Shown: piece after piece, positions 19,690 to 28,400 of the stretch
How the letters are laid out: each line of letters begins with the position of its first letter
How positions within the stretch are numbered: the first letter of the stretch is position 1
Source of the DNA: an uncultured Planctomycetaceae bacterium
Lineage (GTDB): Bacteria > Planctomycetota > Phycisphaerae > SM23-33
NCBI GenBank assembly: GCA_964616985.1
Contig: CAZTVF010000009.1
Span: forward strand, 2,405 to 66,404
Length of the DNA: 64,000 nucleotides
Direction: 5' to 3'
Position numbers and translations under genes: made by a program
The notes under the pieces: generated by a model
The model's database searches: none
Told to the model about the DNA's origin: nothing
The model's input: only the letters and a program-made list of their open reading frames with translations

Positions 19690-20981
19690 GCCTTCCCCCT
19701 CACGGCGGCTGGGCCCACCTTGCCGCGGCGGGCGAGCTCGACGGGGCAGGACGCGAAGCAGCGGCCACACGAGACGCAGGTGGAGCGGTCGGCGGCGTAT
19801 TCATCGCGGCGCCGGCGGACGCACAGCGCGATGAGCTTGAGGCCCACGACGAGGCCGACGAAGCCGCCGAAGATCCACGCGCCCTGCTGCACGCGAAGCT
19901 GGATCTCGTTGGCCTCGCGGTGCAGTTCAGCCGCCGGCCGGCCCGTCGCGCGGAAGGCGGCGCTGTTGTCGGCCCGGCCTTGGAGCGCGCCGCTGTCTTC
20001 GAGGAAGATCTGTCGTGAGAGCTGGACGGTGTAGTGCGTCGAGGCCAGCGGCCCGGCCAGCAGCGTGCCGCCGCCCCACGCGCCGCCGGCCACCAGCAGG
20101 GGCAGCAGCACGATCATCGCCGCCAGCGTCCCGCGGCCGGTGCGTCGGGGGACGCTCTGCAGGGTCGGGCGGCGGATGGCGCCGAAAGGGCAGGCGTCTT
20201 CGCAGAGGCGGCAGTTGATGCAATCGTCGGGCGTGATGTTCACGTGCCGCCACGCCAGGCGCGACAGCGGCCGGAGCATCGCCCCGTACGGACAGCCGAA
20301 GCGGCAGTACGGGCGGCCGATGAACATGGCGACGATCACCATCGCCACGCTGTAGACGATCATGTCGGGCGTGCCGCTGAGGCGAAAGACGGTGACGTAG
20401 GGGTCCTGGCGGCAGATGGGGAAGGCGCTGGCGGTGGCGGCCAGCAGCACCGCGCCGCCCAGCAGCACCCACGGCAGGAGCCCCAGCGAATGCTCCAGCC
20501 AGGCCGGCACCTTCAGCGGTCGCAGCAGCACCGCGTCCTGCAGCGCGCCCAGCGGGCAGACGCCCGCGCAGAACGTGCGGCCGAACAGCAGCGTGAACGC
20601 CAGCGGCAGCAGGAAGAAGCCCAGCACCGCCAGCGGCACGGCGTAGTGGGAGTTGAACAGGCCCAGGGCGACGTTCTGGATCGCCCCGATGGGGCACACG
20701 CAGCCGCCGCGGAAGAAGCCCAGGTACGCCAGCGACGCGAGCATCACGACCACCACGCCGCGGCGCGAGCGGCGCTTCAGCGCGAAGTACGTCGCGGCCG
20801 ACAGCGCGGCGGCCAGGACGGCGAGGTCGATGTATTCCCACGCGATCGCACGGGGCGCGGGCGTGGTGGTGTCGGGCAGGCGCTGCCCGTCGGAGAAGTC
20901 GGGCGGCGGGAAACGCTCCACGCCCCACGCGGCCGCGGCCACGGCCGCCAGGGTCGCCAGCACGATGAGTGGTCGCCTCAC
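19686..20981 (-). CDS. Membrane-bound polyferredoxin, NapH/YccM/NosR-C-like 4Fe-4S binding protein
   Basis: GTG start overlapping the upstream stop (GTGA); GCVCP, GRTFCAGVCPLG, GRPYCRFGCPYG, CINCRLCEDACP, CVSCGRCFASCP; multiple TM helices. Confidence 0.88.
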   Translation of the reverse strand: MRRPLIVLATLAAVAAAAWGVERFPPPDFSDGQRLPDTTTPAPRAIAWEYIDLAVLAAALSAATYFALKRRSRRGVVVVMLASLAYLGFFRGGCVCPIGAIQNVALGLFNSHYAVPLAVLGFFLLPLAFTLLFGRTFCAGVCPLGALQDAVLLRPLKVPAWLEHSLGLLPWVLLGGAVLLAATASAFPICRQDPYVTVFRLSGTPDMIVYSVAMVIVAMFIGRPYCRFGCPYGAMLRPLSRLAWRHVNITPDDCINCRLCEDACPFGAIRRPTLQSVPRRTGRGTLAAMIVLLPLLVAGGAWGGGTLLAGPLASTHYTVQLSRQIFLEDSGALQGRADNSAAFRATGRPAAELHREANEIQLRVQQGAWIFGGFVGLVVGLKLIALCVRRRRDEYAADRSTCVSCGRCFASCPVELARRGKVGPAAVRGKA

Positions 20982-21541
20982 TTGCCGGCCTCCTTCAAGC
21001 GGTAGGGCTTGTCGGCGGGCACGCGGGAAAAGGCGCCGGCGGGACAGGCCAGGGCGATCGCGCACTCGTTGCAGTTGATGCACCGGTCGTGCCGCACCTG
21101 GAGGAACAGCGAGCCGTTGCCGAACGCGCCGCAGCCCTTGACGCACTTGCCGCAGCCGATGCACAGGGGCTCGTTGATCGTGTACTGGTAGTAGGGGTCC
21201 TCGACGAACGTTCGGGCGATGGCGCCGGTGGGGCACAGCTGGTTCTCGGCCCCGGTGTTCAGCGTGTTGGGCCGCGGCTCGAAGTAGCCCGTGCACAGCT
21301 CGCAGTAGCCGCACATCGCGTACGCGTGCACGCACTTGACGGCAGAGGGCTTCAAGACGCACCGGGTCGCGCAGTTGCCGCACTGGATGCACTTGTTGGG
21401 GTCCAGCTGCCAGACCGTCCGCGCCTCCGTCGCCCGCGTGGCGAGGAATCCGCCCGCGCCGCCGACGGCGACCAGCCCCGCCCCGCGCAGGCCCTGGCGG
21501 AGAAAGTCGCGACGCGTCAGTTTGGGTTTGGGGTCAGTCAC
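20978..21541 (-). CDS. Tat-signal 4x[4Fe-4S] ferredoxin-type protein
   Basis: AGGAG plus GTG; TRRDFLR twin-arginine motif; CIQCGNCATRC, CGYCELC, CPTGA, CIGCGKCVKGC, CINCNEC..ACP. Confidence 0.88.
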   Translation of the reverse strand: MTDPKPKLTRRDFLRQGLRGAGLVAVGGAGGFLATRATEARTVWQLDPNKCIQCGNCATRCVLKPSAVKCVHAYAMCGYCELCTGYFEPRPNTLNTGAENQLCPTGAIARTFVEDPYYQYTINEPLCIGCGKCVKGCGAFGNGSLFLQVRHDRCINCNECAIALACPAGAFSRVPADKPYRLKEAGK

Positions 21542-21571
21542 GGGTCGATGCTCCTGGAAGAAGAAGACTCG

Positions 21572-22096
21572 ACCACAGAGGCACAGCGCGGGCTGCGCCC
21601 GCAACCCAATTGCGGATTGCGGATTTCGGATTGCGGATTGAAGAGGCCCGGTCCAAGGGTGGGCGCAATGGTGGGCAAGGCCTGTGTCTGCTGCGCCGCC
21701 ACGGACTGTTCAAAACAGATTGGCTCACGACAGCTTCGCGCCATGCCCAAAGGCGACCAGATCGTGGTGCTGGCGCCGGCCATCCAGGAAAGAACATGGA
21801 TAGGATCATCGAGAAAAGAAGGATGTTTCGCGTTTGTGGCACAGAGAACACAAAGAGAAGAAGGAATGATAAAGATGTTACGTGCCCGCGCCGGTGACGC
21901 AGAGGGTGAAGCGCACCGCTGGCGATCGCTCGCGTTTCTGCGCTGTTCGTGCATTAACCGAGTTCGAACAGCGCCGAAAGGCGAGCGATGCCCGGACGCC
22001 GCCGCGTGCGAAACTTGTGTAAGGATGGAAGACTCAATTGCGGTGACGCTTTTCATCCGTTCTTCTTTTCCTCTGTGTTCTCTGCGCCTCTGTGGT
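21572..22096. repeat. Composite palindromic insertion inside the redox operon
   Basis: Outer inverted nonamer-type arms accacagaggcacag / ctctgtgttctctgcgcctctgtggt; heptamer run (t/g)cggatt x4 at ~21612-21640; hairpin 21925-21989. Confidence 0.7.
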
Positions 22097-22313
22097 CCGT
22101 GTTCATTGCTTCTTTCAGTGACATCGCCTGGGGCAGCGCACAATCGCCGAGTGCGGTGCACGACCGGCAGATGAATCTGCCGGTGCAGTCTTGCGAGGGC
22201 AGCGAGGAACGCCGTCCCAGCACGAGGGCGACGGCGGCGATGGCGACGCCGACAGCGCCGCGGGCAACGCCGCGGAGCAGGTTTCGCCGCGAGATGTTGT
22301 CTGTGTGTTTCAT
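22053..22313 (-). CDS. Small (86 aa) Tat-like, membrane-anchored 4-Cys protein
   Basis: ATGA overlap with the NHL gene; MKHTDNISRRNLLR, hydrophobic stretch, then CTGRFICRSCTALGDCALP. Confidence 0.72.
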   Translation of the reverse strand: MKHTDNISRRNLLRGVARGAVGVAIAAVALVLGRRSSLPSQDCTGRFICRSCTALGDCALPQAMSLKEAMNTDHRGAENTEEKKNG

Positions 22314-23359
22314 TTCTTCACGAACACCCGCACGGCTTTCGCCGCCGGGTCCAGGACGTAGATCTTGCCGTCGCGGCCGGCCGCCAGGTCCAGGCCGGTC
22401 ACACCTTCCGTGAAGGCCTCTGTGCCGGCGACGACGCACCGGAAAACGCCGTTGGGATCGTAGACTTTCACGCGGGCCAACCCCTTCTCGCTCGTCACGA
22501 ACGAGCCGTCCGGCAGGATCGCGATGTCCGTCGGGTTGCAGCAGCCGCAAAAGCCTGCGATGTCCGCGTTGTCGAACTGGCCCCACGCCAGTTCCATGTC
22601 GCCGCCGGGCGTGTACGCCTCGATGCGGTGGCGTCCCGGGTTCACGATGCGCAGCAGCGTGTCGCGCCCCATCGCCAGGTCGAAGTGCGGGCTGGGGATC
22701 ACGAAACCATCGGCGTCACGGTTGGGCTCCTTGCCGCCGATCTTGCCCAGGAGCGTGCCCGAATGATCGTATCGCCACACGACGCGGTTGCCGGCGTCGG
22801 CGACGAACATATCCGGATCCAGGCCGCCGCCCAGGGCCACCGACGTGACGCGCGATTTGGCGTCCAGTGCCAGCCGGCCCAACGCGAAGTACTTCCGGTC
22901 TTTGGGGAAATTGTCAGGCAGCTTCCCGTCGATGTACCGGCCGGCGCTGTGCGCGAAGCCGATCAGCAGGTGCCCTCGGGCATCGGCGGCGACGCACAGG
23001 GGCGGCTCGTCGAACTCCAGTGAGAGATAGGCGCTGGCGGCCCCGCCGGGGGCGAAGCCGGCCATTCGCCTGTCGCCGACCACAAGCAGATCGCCATTGG
23101 CATCGATCGCGATCCCGCGGGGCTCGGCCATGCCCGTGTCGATGGGGCCGAGCTCTTTGTAGCCGACTATGTTGGGGTCGGTGACGGCGAGGTTCTTGAT
23201 GTCGTACGACCAGCTGCCGCCCAGGCCGCTGGGGCCAGCGGTGTTCCGCAGGCCCAGGTAGATGCCGACGGCCCCGATGGCGAGCAGGGAGACGACGACA
23301 AAGGCGGTGGCCAGGTGTGCGGGGTTCCTGCGGCGTTTGTTCGGAGGGGTCTCGTTCAT
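22310..23359 (-). CDS. Membrane-anchored NHL-repeat beta-propeller protein
   Basis: ATGA overlap; one N-terminal TM; PRGIAID, MFVADAGNRVV, GFCGCCNPTDIAILPDG, DGKIYVLD. Confidence 0.85.
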   Translation of the reverse strand: MNETPPNKRRRNPAHLATAFVVVSLLAIGAVGIYLGLRNTAGPSGLGGSWSYDIKNLAVTDPNIVGYKELGPIDTGMAEPRGIAIDANGDLLVVGDRRMAGFAPGGAASAYLSLEFDEPPLCVAADARGHLLIGFAHSAGRYIDGKLPDNFPKDRKYFALGRLALDAKSRVTSVALGGGLDPDMFVADAGNRVVWRYDHSGTLLGKIGGKEPNRDADGFVIPSPHFDLAMGRDTLLRIVNPGRHRIEAYTPGGDMELAWGQFDNADIAGFCGCCNPTDIAILPDGSFVTSEKGLARVKVYDPNGVFRCVVAGTEAFTEGVTGLDLAAGRDGKIYVLDPAAKAVRVFVKK

Positions 23360-24957
23360 CGCTGCGATTCCTCCGCCAGGTGGTTTGCTGTGGCCAGATC
23401 GCGGGCAAGTCCAGACGCCGCCGGGCGGCTTGTCCGTTCGGCGCTGTCCGTTGGCGGCACCAGCGCCAGCGGCGACGAACGGATAAGCCGCAGCCAGGAC
23501 TCGAGGCAGAACGTTGTCGAGGGCGAGACGCCAGCGCCACGGATCAAGGCCGCGGCCCCGCCATCGGCCAGCTCCACGCACGCCATTTGCGTCAGGTCGC
23601 GGACGAGCAGCCGCCCGCCGAGTAGCGCCATAGGGCCCCACGAATCGTGGCCGTCGAGGATCTTCGCCTGGGCCAGCTGCTTGTAGCCCGCGGGCGAGGC
23701 GACGGCCATCGTCAGCACGGCGGCGTCGTTCACGACCAGGATCTTCCCATCGGCGATCATGAAGGGGCCGATGCCGAAGCGGTTGGCCGCCCCGCTGGTC
23801 CAGGCGATCTTGCCGTCGAGGCCCAGGCACACCAGTTCGCCCGAGGGCCTGACGTTGTAGAGGTAGCCGTCGTAATAGATCGGCGTGTGCTGCGTGGCGC
23901 CGAAGACGTCGGCTTCCAGCCGCCACAGCGTCTTGACGGCGAACTTGCCGCCGGCCTCGGCGACCTGGATCATCATGCTGCCGGCGTTGTAGCCGCCCGA
24001 GAGCAGGATGCGGCCCTGGGGCAGCACGACGGGCGTGGCCACCGCGGCGATGGGCACCTTCCAGTCGGGGCATTCCCACAGGACGCTGCCGTCGTTGGCG
24101 TCGATGCCCGCCACTCCGCCCGAGCCGCTGTAGACGTAGGTGCGGCGGCCGGCGATTTCCATCGGGGCGATGGACGTGTGCGTCATCGACCAGCCGTTCG
24201 GATTGGGCGCCTTCCACAGCACCTGCCCGGTGTGCAGGTCCGCCGCCAGCATGAGCACCGAGGGGCCCGCCGGGGCGAGGATGACGCGGTTGCCGTCGAT
24301 GAGCGGGCACTGCCCGGCGTACCACGGCGGCACGACCGTGCGGAACTGGCGGACGAGGTCCATCGACCAGCGAAGCTCGCCGCTGTTGGCGTCGAGGCAC
24401 ACGACGTGGCCCTTGGGCCCCAGCGTCACCACGCAGCCTTGGGCGACGGCGGGCACGGTGCGACTCATGCCGTGGTTGCGTTTGATCGCCACGTCGTAGG
24501 CGAATCGCCAGATCTCCCTGCCGTCATCCAGCGACAGGCAGCGGACGGCATCGGCCTGGTTCTCGCGGTCGTAATCGATCAGGTACACGCAGCCGCCTTC
24601 GACGGCGGGGCCTGCGTGGCCTTCGCCCAGTTCGATCTGCCAGAGCTTTCGCGGCCCGCCCGGCGGCCAGGCCGGGGCGAGCGGGGGCGCGTCATGGGCG
24701 ATGCCGTCGAGCGCCGCCCCCCGGAAGCAGGGCCAGCGGCCGGCGAAGGTGGAGGGCCTGCCGTCGCCGGGGGTCAGTCGGCCGGCAAGGGGCCGGGCCG
24801 CCGGCTGGGACGCCGCCGTTACGCCGATCTGGTCGGTGCCCGGCACGCGCGCGAGGATCGCCTGGGCCGGCGGCGCCTGCAGCCAGGCCGCCACCGCGGC
24901 GACCCCAAGCACCGCCGCAATGGCGGGAATGATCTTGTACAGGAGCGGCTCGCGCAT
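23356..24957 (-). CDS. Exported/anchored PQQ-like (BamB-type) beta-propeller protein
   Basis: Signal/TM segment; WPCFRG, DGREIW, SGELRW, TGQVLW, WGPMAL..GRLLVRD repeats. Confidence 0.87.
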   Translation of the reverse strand: MREPLLYKIIPAIAAVLGVAAVAAWLQAPPAQAILARVPGTDQIGVTAASQPAARPLAGRLTPGDGRPSTFAGRWPCFRGAALDGIAHDAPPLAPAWPPGGPRKLWQIELGEGHAGPAVEGGCVYLIDYDRENQADAVRCLSLDDGREIWRFAYDVAIKRNHGMSRTVPAVAQGCVVTLGPKGHVVCLDANSGELRWSMDLVRQFRTVVPPWYAGQCPLIDGNRVILAPAGPSVLMLAADLHTGQVLWKAPNPNGWSMTHTSIAPMEIAGRRTYVYSGSGGVAGIDANDGSVLWECPDWKVPIAAVATPVVLPQGRILLSGGYNAGSMMIQVAEAGGKFAVKTLWRLEADVFGATQHTPIYYDGYLYNVRPSGELVCLGLDGKIAWTSGAANRFGIGPFMIADGKILVVNDAAVLTMAVASPAGYKQLAQAKILDGHDSWGPMALLGGRLLVRDLTQMACVELADGGAAALIRGAGVSPSTTFCLESWLRLIRSSPLALVPPTDSAERTSRPAASGLARDLATANHLAEESQR

Positions 24958-24964
24958 GGGCGTT

Positions 24965-24994
24965 ATCTTAGCATAATGCACGGTCGCAGGTTAA
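24965..24994 (-). promoter_or_regulatory. Putative sigma70-type promoter of the redox operon (TTAACC-18-TAAGAT, extended -10 TGn), probably leaderless
   Basis: Minus strand reads ...TGC TAAGAT aacgccc ATG; no Shine-Dalgarno. Confidence 0.4.
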
Positions 24995-25081
24995 GCGTTC
25001 GTGTCGCGGGCATCCGTTGTGCCACCTTTGGCCCACTGGGGGGTTGATGTATCGGGGCAACAACGCCCCTAGGAGCTCTCG

Positions 25082-26104
25082 ATGAATCGCTGGAGCGTGC
25101 TGATTGGACTTTCACTGGTAGTTGCCGCCTGGGGATACCTGGGCGGGGCGGCCACTTCGCCAGCGACCGCAACCGCCCCGGCGACCACCTCGCCGGCCAC
25201 CAAGGCGACCACCTACCCCACGACCGACGCCGACAAGGCCCTCGCCGCCCGCGCGGAAAAGGCGATGGCCGCGGCCGAGGGCACCTGCGGACAGGAGGCC
25301 GCCAACTCGCTCCGCAGCAACGAACGCGTCAACATGCTGCCCATCCTCAAGGGTGAGAAGAAGGGCAACCTCGATCTCGCCCGCCTTGAGGTCCAGCAGG
25401 CCATCCCGCTGATTGAGCGCGGCCCGACCTGGCCGCAGCCCAAGGACGTGTCGGCGCCGCTGGCCGCCGTGGCGCCCAGGACCGACGGCGTGCTGGACGA
25501 CGAGGCGTGGAAGTCGGCGGCCCGCATGGACGGCGTGTATCGGTTCAACGCGCCCGACCGGTTGGAATCGCCGCCGACGGTGTGGCGGGTCTGCTGGGAC
25601 GCCAACTATCTCTACTTCGCCTTCGAGTGCGACGACAACGACGTAATCGCCCCCGCGACGCCGCGCGACGAGCCGGTCTTCTTCAACGACTGCGTCGAGA
25701 TGTTCATCCTTCCGGAGTTCCGCTCAAAGGCCTACTGGGAGATCGTCATCAGCCCCACCGGCATGATCTTCGACGGCCTGCACAGTAAGAAGGATCGCGA
25801 GGCCGGGCCCGTCAGTCGGGCGTTCGAGAATGTGCAGGGCCTGCTGATCGGCAGCAAGATCGACGGCACCGAGGGCAAGAGCGACGACGTGGACAAGGGC
25901 TATGTCGTCGAGGTGGCCGTGCCGTGGGGGCAACTGCCGGAGTATTCCCGCGCCAAGCCCCAGGCCGGGCAGGTGCTGCACTTCATGCTGGTGCGCCTGG
26001 ACAAGAACGCCCGCGACCCGCTGCTGAACTGCTACGCGTTCCAGCCCCTGATGAGCTGGGGCCATAATATCTGGAACCACGCGAAACTCAAACTGGTGAA
26101 ATGA
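25082..26104 (+). CDS. Secreted carbohydrate-binding family 9-like (CBM9/DOMON-like) protein
   Basis: AGGAG RBS; signal peptide; PRTDGVLDDEAW, WDANYLYFAFECDD, DCVEMFI, YVVEVAVPW. Confidence 0.8.
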   Translation: MNRWSVLIGLSLVVAAWGYLGGAATSPATATAPATTSPATKATTYPTTDADKALAARAEKAMAAAEGTCGQEAANSLRSNERVNMLPILKGEKKGNLDLARLEVQQAIPLIERGPTWPQPKDVSAPLAAVAPRTDGVLDDEAWKSAARMDGVYRFNAPDRLESPPTVWRVCWDANYLYFAFECDDNDVIAPATPRDEPVFFNDCVEMFILPEFRSKAYWEIVISPTGMIFDGLHSKKDREAGPVSRAFENVQGLLIGSKIDGTEGKSDDVDKGYVVEVAVPWGQLPEYSRAKPQAGQVLHFMLVRLDKNARDPLLNCYAFQPLMSWGHNIWNHAKLKLVK

Positions 26105-26106
26105 CC

Positions 26107-26289
26107 CCGTAGGGCATGCAGGTTCTGACGCGCAGCGTCAGGTCCTGCATGCCGCACGCTCTCGACCGACACCACGCGGTGCCACCGCCAAACTCGTTTG
26201 GGGGTGGCACCGTTCAATGCTCCACATCACCTGTTCACCGTCGGCATGCAGAACCCGATCCTGCGGATCGGAACCTGCATGCCCTACGG
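26107..26289. repeat. Nested palindromic element between convergent genes
   Basis: Outer arms ccgtagggcatgcaggttc / gaacctgcatgccctacgg enclose cggtgccaccgccaaactcgtttgggggtggcaccg at 26177-26212. Confidence 0.82.
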
Positions 26290-26316
26290 CGTGCTGCATC
26301 GCTACGCGAGCAAACC

Positions 26317-27312
26317 CTAAAGGTTGACGACGAGGCCGGTGTCGGCGGCGTGGCGGGCGAGGAGGGCGACCTCGGTGGTGCGGAAGGACTCGGCGGTGGA
26401 GATGAGGCCCTCGCCGTGGCCTTCGAGCGAGGCGATGAACTCGGCCACCAGGTCGCGAGGCGGCGCGAGCGGAACGGCCTCGACGGCCGTGGGCGTGGTG
26501 AGGCGAACGCCGGCGAGATCGTCGATGGTCTCGACCATGGCGTCGGTTCCGCAGACGCGCAGGGCGTCGCCGCCCCAGGCGCGTTTCACGCCCGCCGACC
26601 ACGGCCGCAGGTAGTCGAAGCTGATCACCGCGTGCCCGCCGCCGCGGAATTCCAGCAGCACTCCGCCGTTGTCCTCCATGCCCTCGTGCGTGGGGTGACA
26701 GGCGTTGGATTGCATCGCGGCGGCGCGGGTGAAATCGCAGCCGGCGCAGTAGCTCACGAAGTCGATGGCGTGGATCGCCTGCCAGGGGATCGACCCGCCA
26801 TACGTGCGGCGGGACTTGTAGTAATCGTCGCGCTGATTGAACGGGTAGCTCTTCTGCCCGTACGCCAGCACCGGCCGGCCGATCGTGCCGGCGGCGACGA
26901 TGCGGCGGATCGTCTGGAAGGGGGCCTCGGCCCGCATGCCCATGAGGGACGCGATGCGGACGTCGGCGGCCGCCACGGCCGCCCGCAGCGCGGCCAGGTC
27001 TTCCAGCGTCGTCGCCAGCGGCTTTTCGCCCAGGATGTGGCAGCCTCGCTGGGCGGCGGCGATGGAGGCCTCGGCGTTGCGGAACAGCGGCATGAACACG
27101 CCCACCACGTCGGGGCGGACCTCGTCGAGCATCTTGCGGTAATCGTCGAAGATCGGCGTGGCCGCCGGCGCCGCGGCCGAGCGGCCCACGAAGTCGAGGC
27201 GGTCATCGCTGCCGTAGCGGGCGACGGCGACGATCGACGACCCCGTCCGCAAGGCGGCGCTGCTGAGCAGGTAGTTCAGGTGGCCGTACGAGCCGATGAT
27301 CGCGATTCTCAT
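26317..27312 (-). CDS. Gfo/Idh/MocA family oxidoreductase
   Basis: MRIAIIG, PDVVGV, HILGEKPLA, GGSI...AIHAID. Confidence 0.9.
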   Translation of the reverse strand: MRIAIIGSYGHLNYLLSSAALRTGSSIVAVARYGSDDRLDFVGRSAAAPAATPIFDDYRKMLDEVRPDVVGVFMPLFRNAEASIAAAQRGCHILGEKPLATTLEDLAALRAAVAAADVRIASLMGMRAEAPFQTIRRIVAAGTIGRPVLAYGQKSYPFNQRDDYYKSRRTYGGSIPWQAIHAIDFVSYCAGCDFTRAAAMQSNACHPTHEGMEDNGGVLLEFRGGGHAVISFDYLRPWSAGVKRAWGGDALRVCGTDAMVETIDDLAGVRLTTPTAVEAVPLAPPRDLVAEFIASLEGHGEGLISTAESFRTTEVALLARHAADTGLVVNL

Positions 27313-27354
27313 GTCTTCGCTCCGTTGAACTGCGGCCGTCGCTGAACCGGCTCG

Positions 27355-28380
27355 CTACTTGCGTTTCATGACCGTGGCGATCGCCTCGACCGCGTGATCG
27401 ACGTCGCGGCGCGAGACCTCCAGGCTGGTGACGGCGCGGATGGTGTCGGGGCCGATGGCCATCACCCACACGCCGGCTTCCTTGAGCCGCTGGGCGAGAT
27501 CGGCCGCCGGCATGGCCGTGACGCGGGCGACGAGGATGTTCGTCTCCACCGTCGCGGCGTCGATCTGCAGGCCGGCGACGGAGGCCAGGCCCTCGGCCAG
27601 GGCGCGGGCGTTGGCGTGGTCTTCGGCCAGGCGGGCGCGGTTGTGTTCCAGGGCGTACAGGGCGCCGGCGGCGATGATGCCCGCCTGCCGCATGCCGCCG
27701 CCGAACATCTTGCGGAAGCGGCGTGCGCGGCCGATGAACTCCTCCGAGCCGGCCAACGCCGAGCCCACCGGCGCACCGAGCCCTTTGGAAAAGCACACGC
27801 TGACGGAGTCGAAGTGGCGAGCGTACTGGGCCTCGGCGATGCCCGTTGCGGCCGAGGCGTTCCACAGGCGTGCGCCGTCGAGGTGGGTTGTGAGCCCGGC
27901 CTCGTGCGCCACGGCCGTCACCGCGGCGATCTGCTCCAGCGGCCAGATGCTGCCGCCGCCGCGGTTGTGGGTGTTCTCCAGGCACAGCAGTCGCGTGCGT
28001 GGAAAGTGGATGTTCGCCGGCCGGATCGCCTTGCGGACGTCGTCGGGCGTGAAGAGGCCGCGCACGCCCTGGATGACGCGGCAGGAGACGCCCGAGAGCG
28101 CCGCCGGCCCGCCCACCTCATAGAAGTAGATGTGGGCGTCGGCGTCGAGGAGGATCTCGTCGCCGTGGTCGGTATGGGTGCGGACGGCCACCTGGTTGGT
28201 CATCGTGCCCGAAGGCATGTAGACCGCGGCGGCCTTGCCGAGGATCTCGGCCGTGCGACGCTCCAGCGCGATGACGGTAGGGTCATCGCCGAGGACGTCG
28301 TCGCCCACTTCCGCTGCCGCCATCGCCGCCCGCATCGCCGCCGTGGGCTTGGTGATCGTGTCGCTGCGAAGGTCGATCAT
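27355..28380 (-). CDS. ltaE: Low-specificity L-threonine aldolase
   Basis: MIDLRSDT, PSGTMTNQ, LENTHN, HLDGARLWNA, CFSKGLGAPVGS, GGGMRQAG. Confidence 0.95.
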   Translation of the reverse strand: MIDLRSDTITKPTAAMRAAMAAAEVGDDVLGDDPTVIALERRTAEILGKAAAVYMPSGTMTNQVAVRTHTDHGDEILLDADAHIYFYEVGGPAALSGVSCRVIQGVRGLFTPDDVRKAIRPANIHFPRTRLLCLENTHNRGGGSIWPLEQIAAVTAVAHEAGLTTHLDGARLWNASAATGIAEAQYARHFDSVSVCFSKGLGAPVGSALAGSEEFIGRARRFRKMFGGGMRQAGIIAAGALYALEHNRARLAEDHANARALAEGLASVAGLQIDAATVETNILVARVTAMPAADLAQRLKEAGVWVMAIGPDTIRAVTSLEVSRRDVDHAVEAIATVMKRK

Positions 28381-28400
28381 CTTAGTTCTTTCTGCCGGGC

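Noticed and set aside
17881-24957. True PQQ dehydrogenases or BamB
   Set aside because: Only generic propeller repeats are visible; no quinoprotein active-site motifs, no pqq or bam context.
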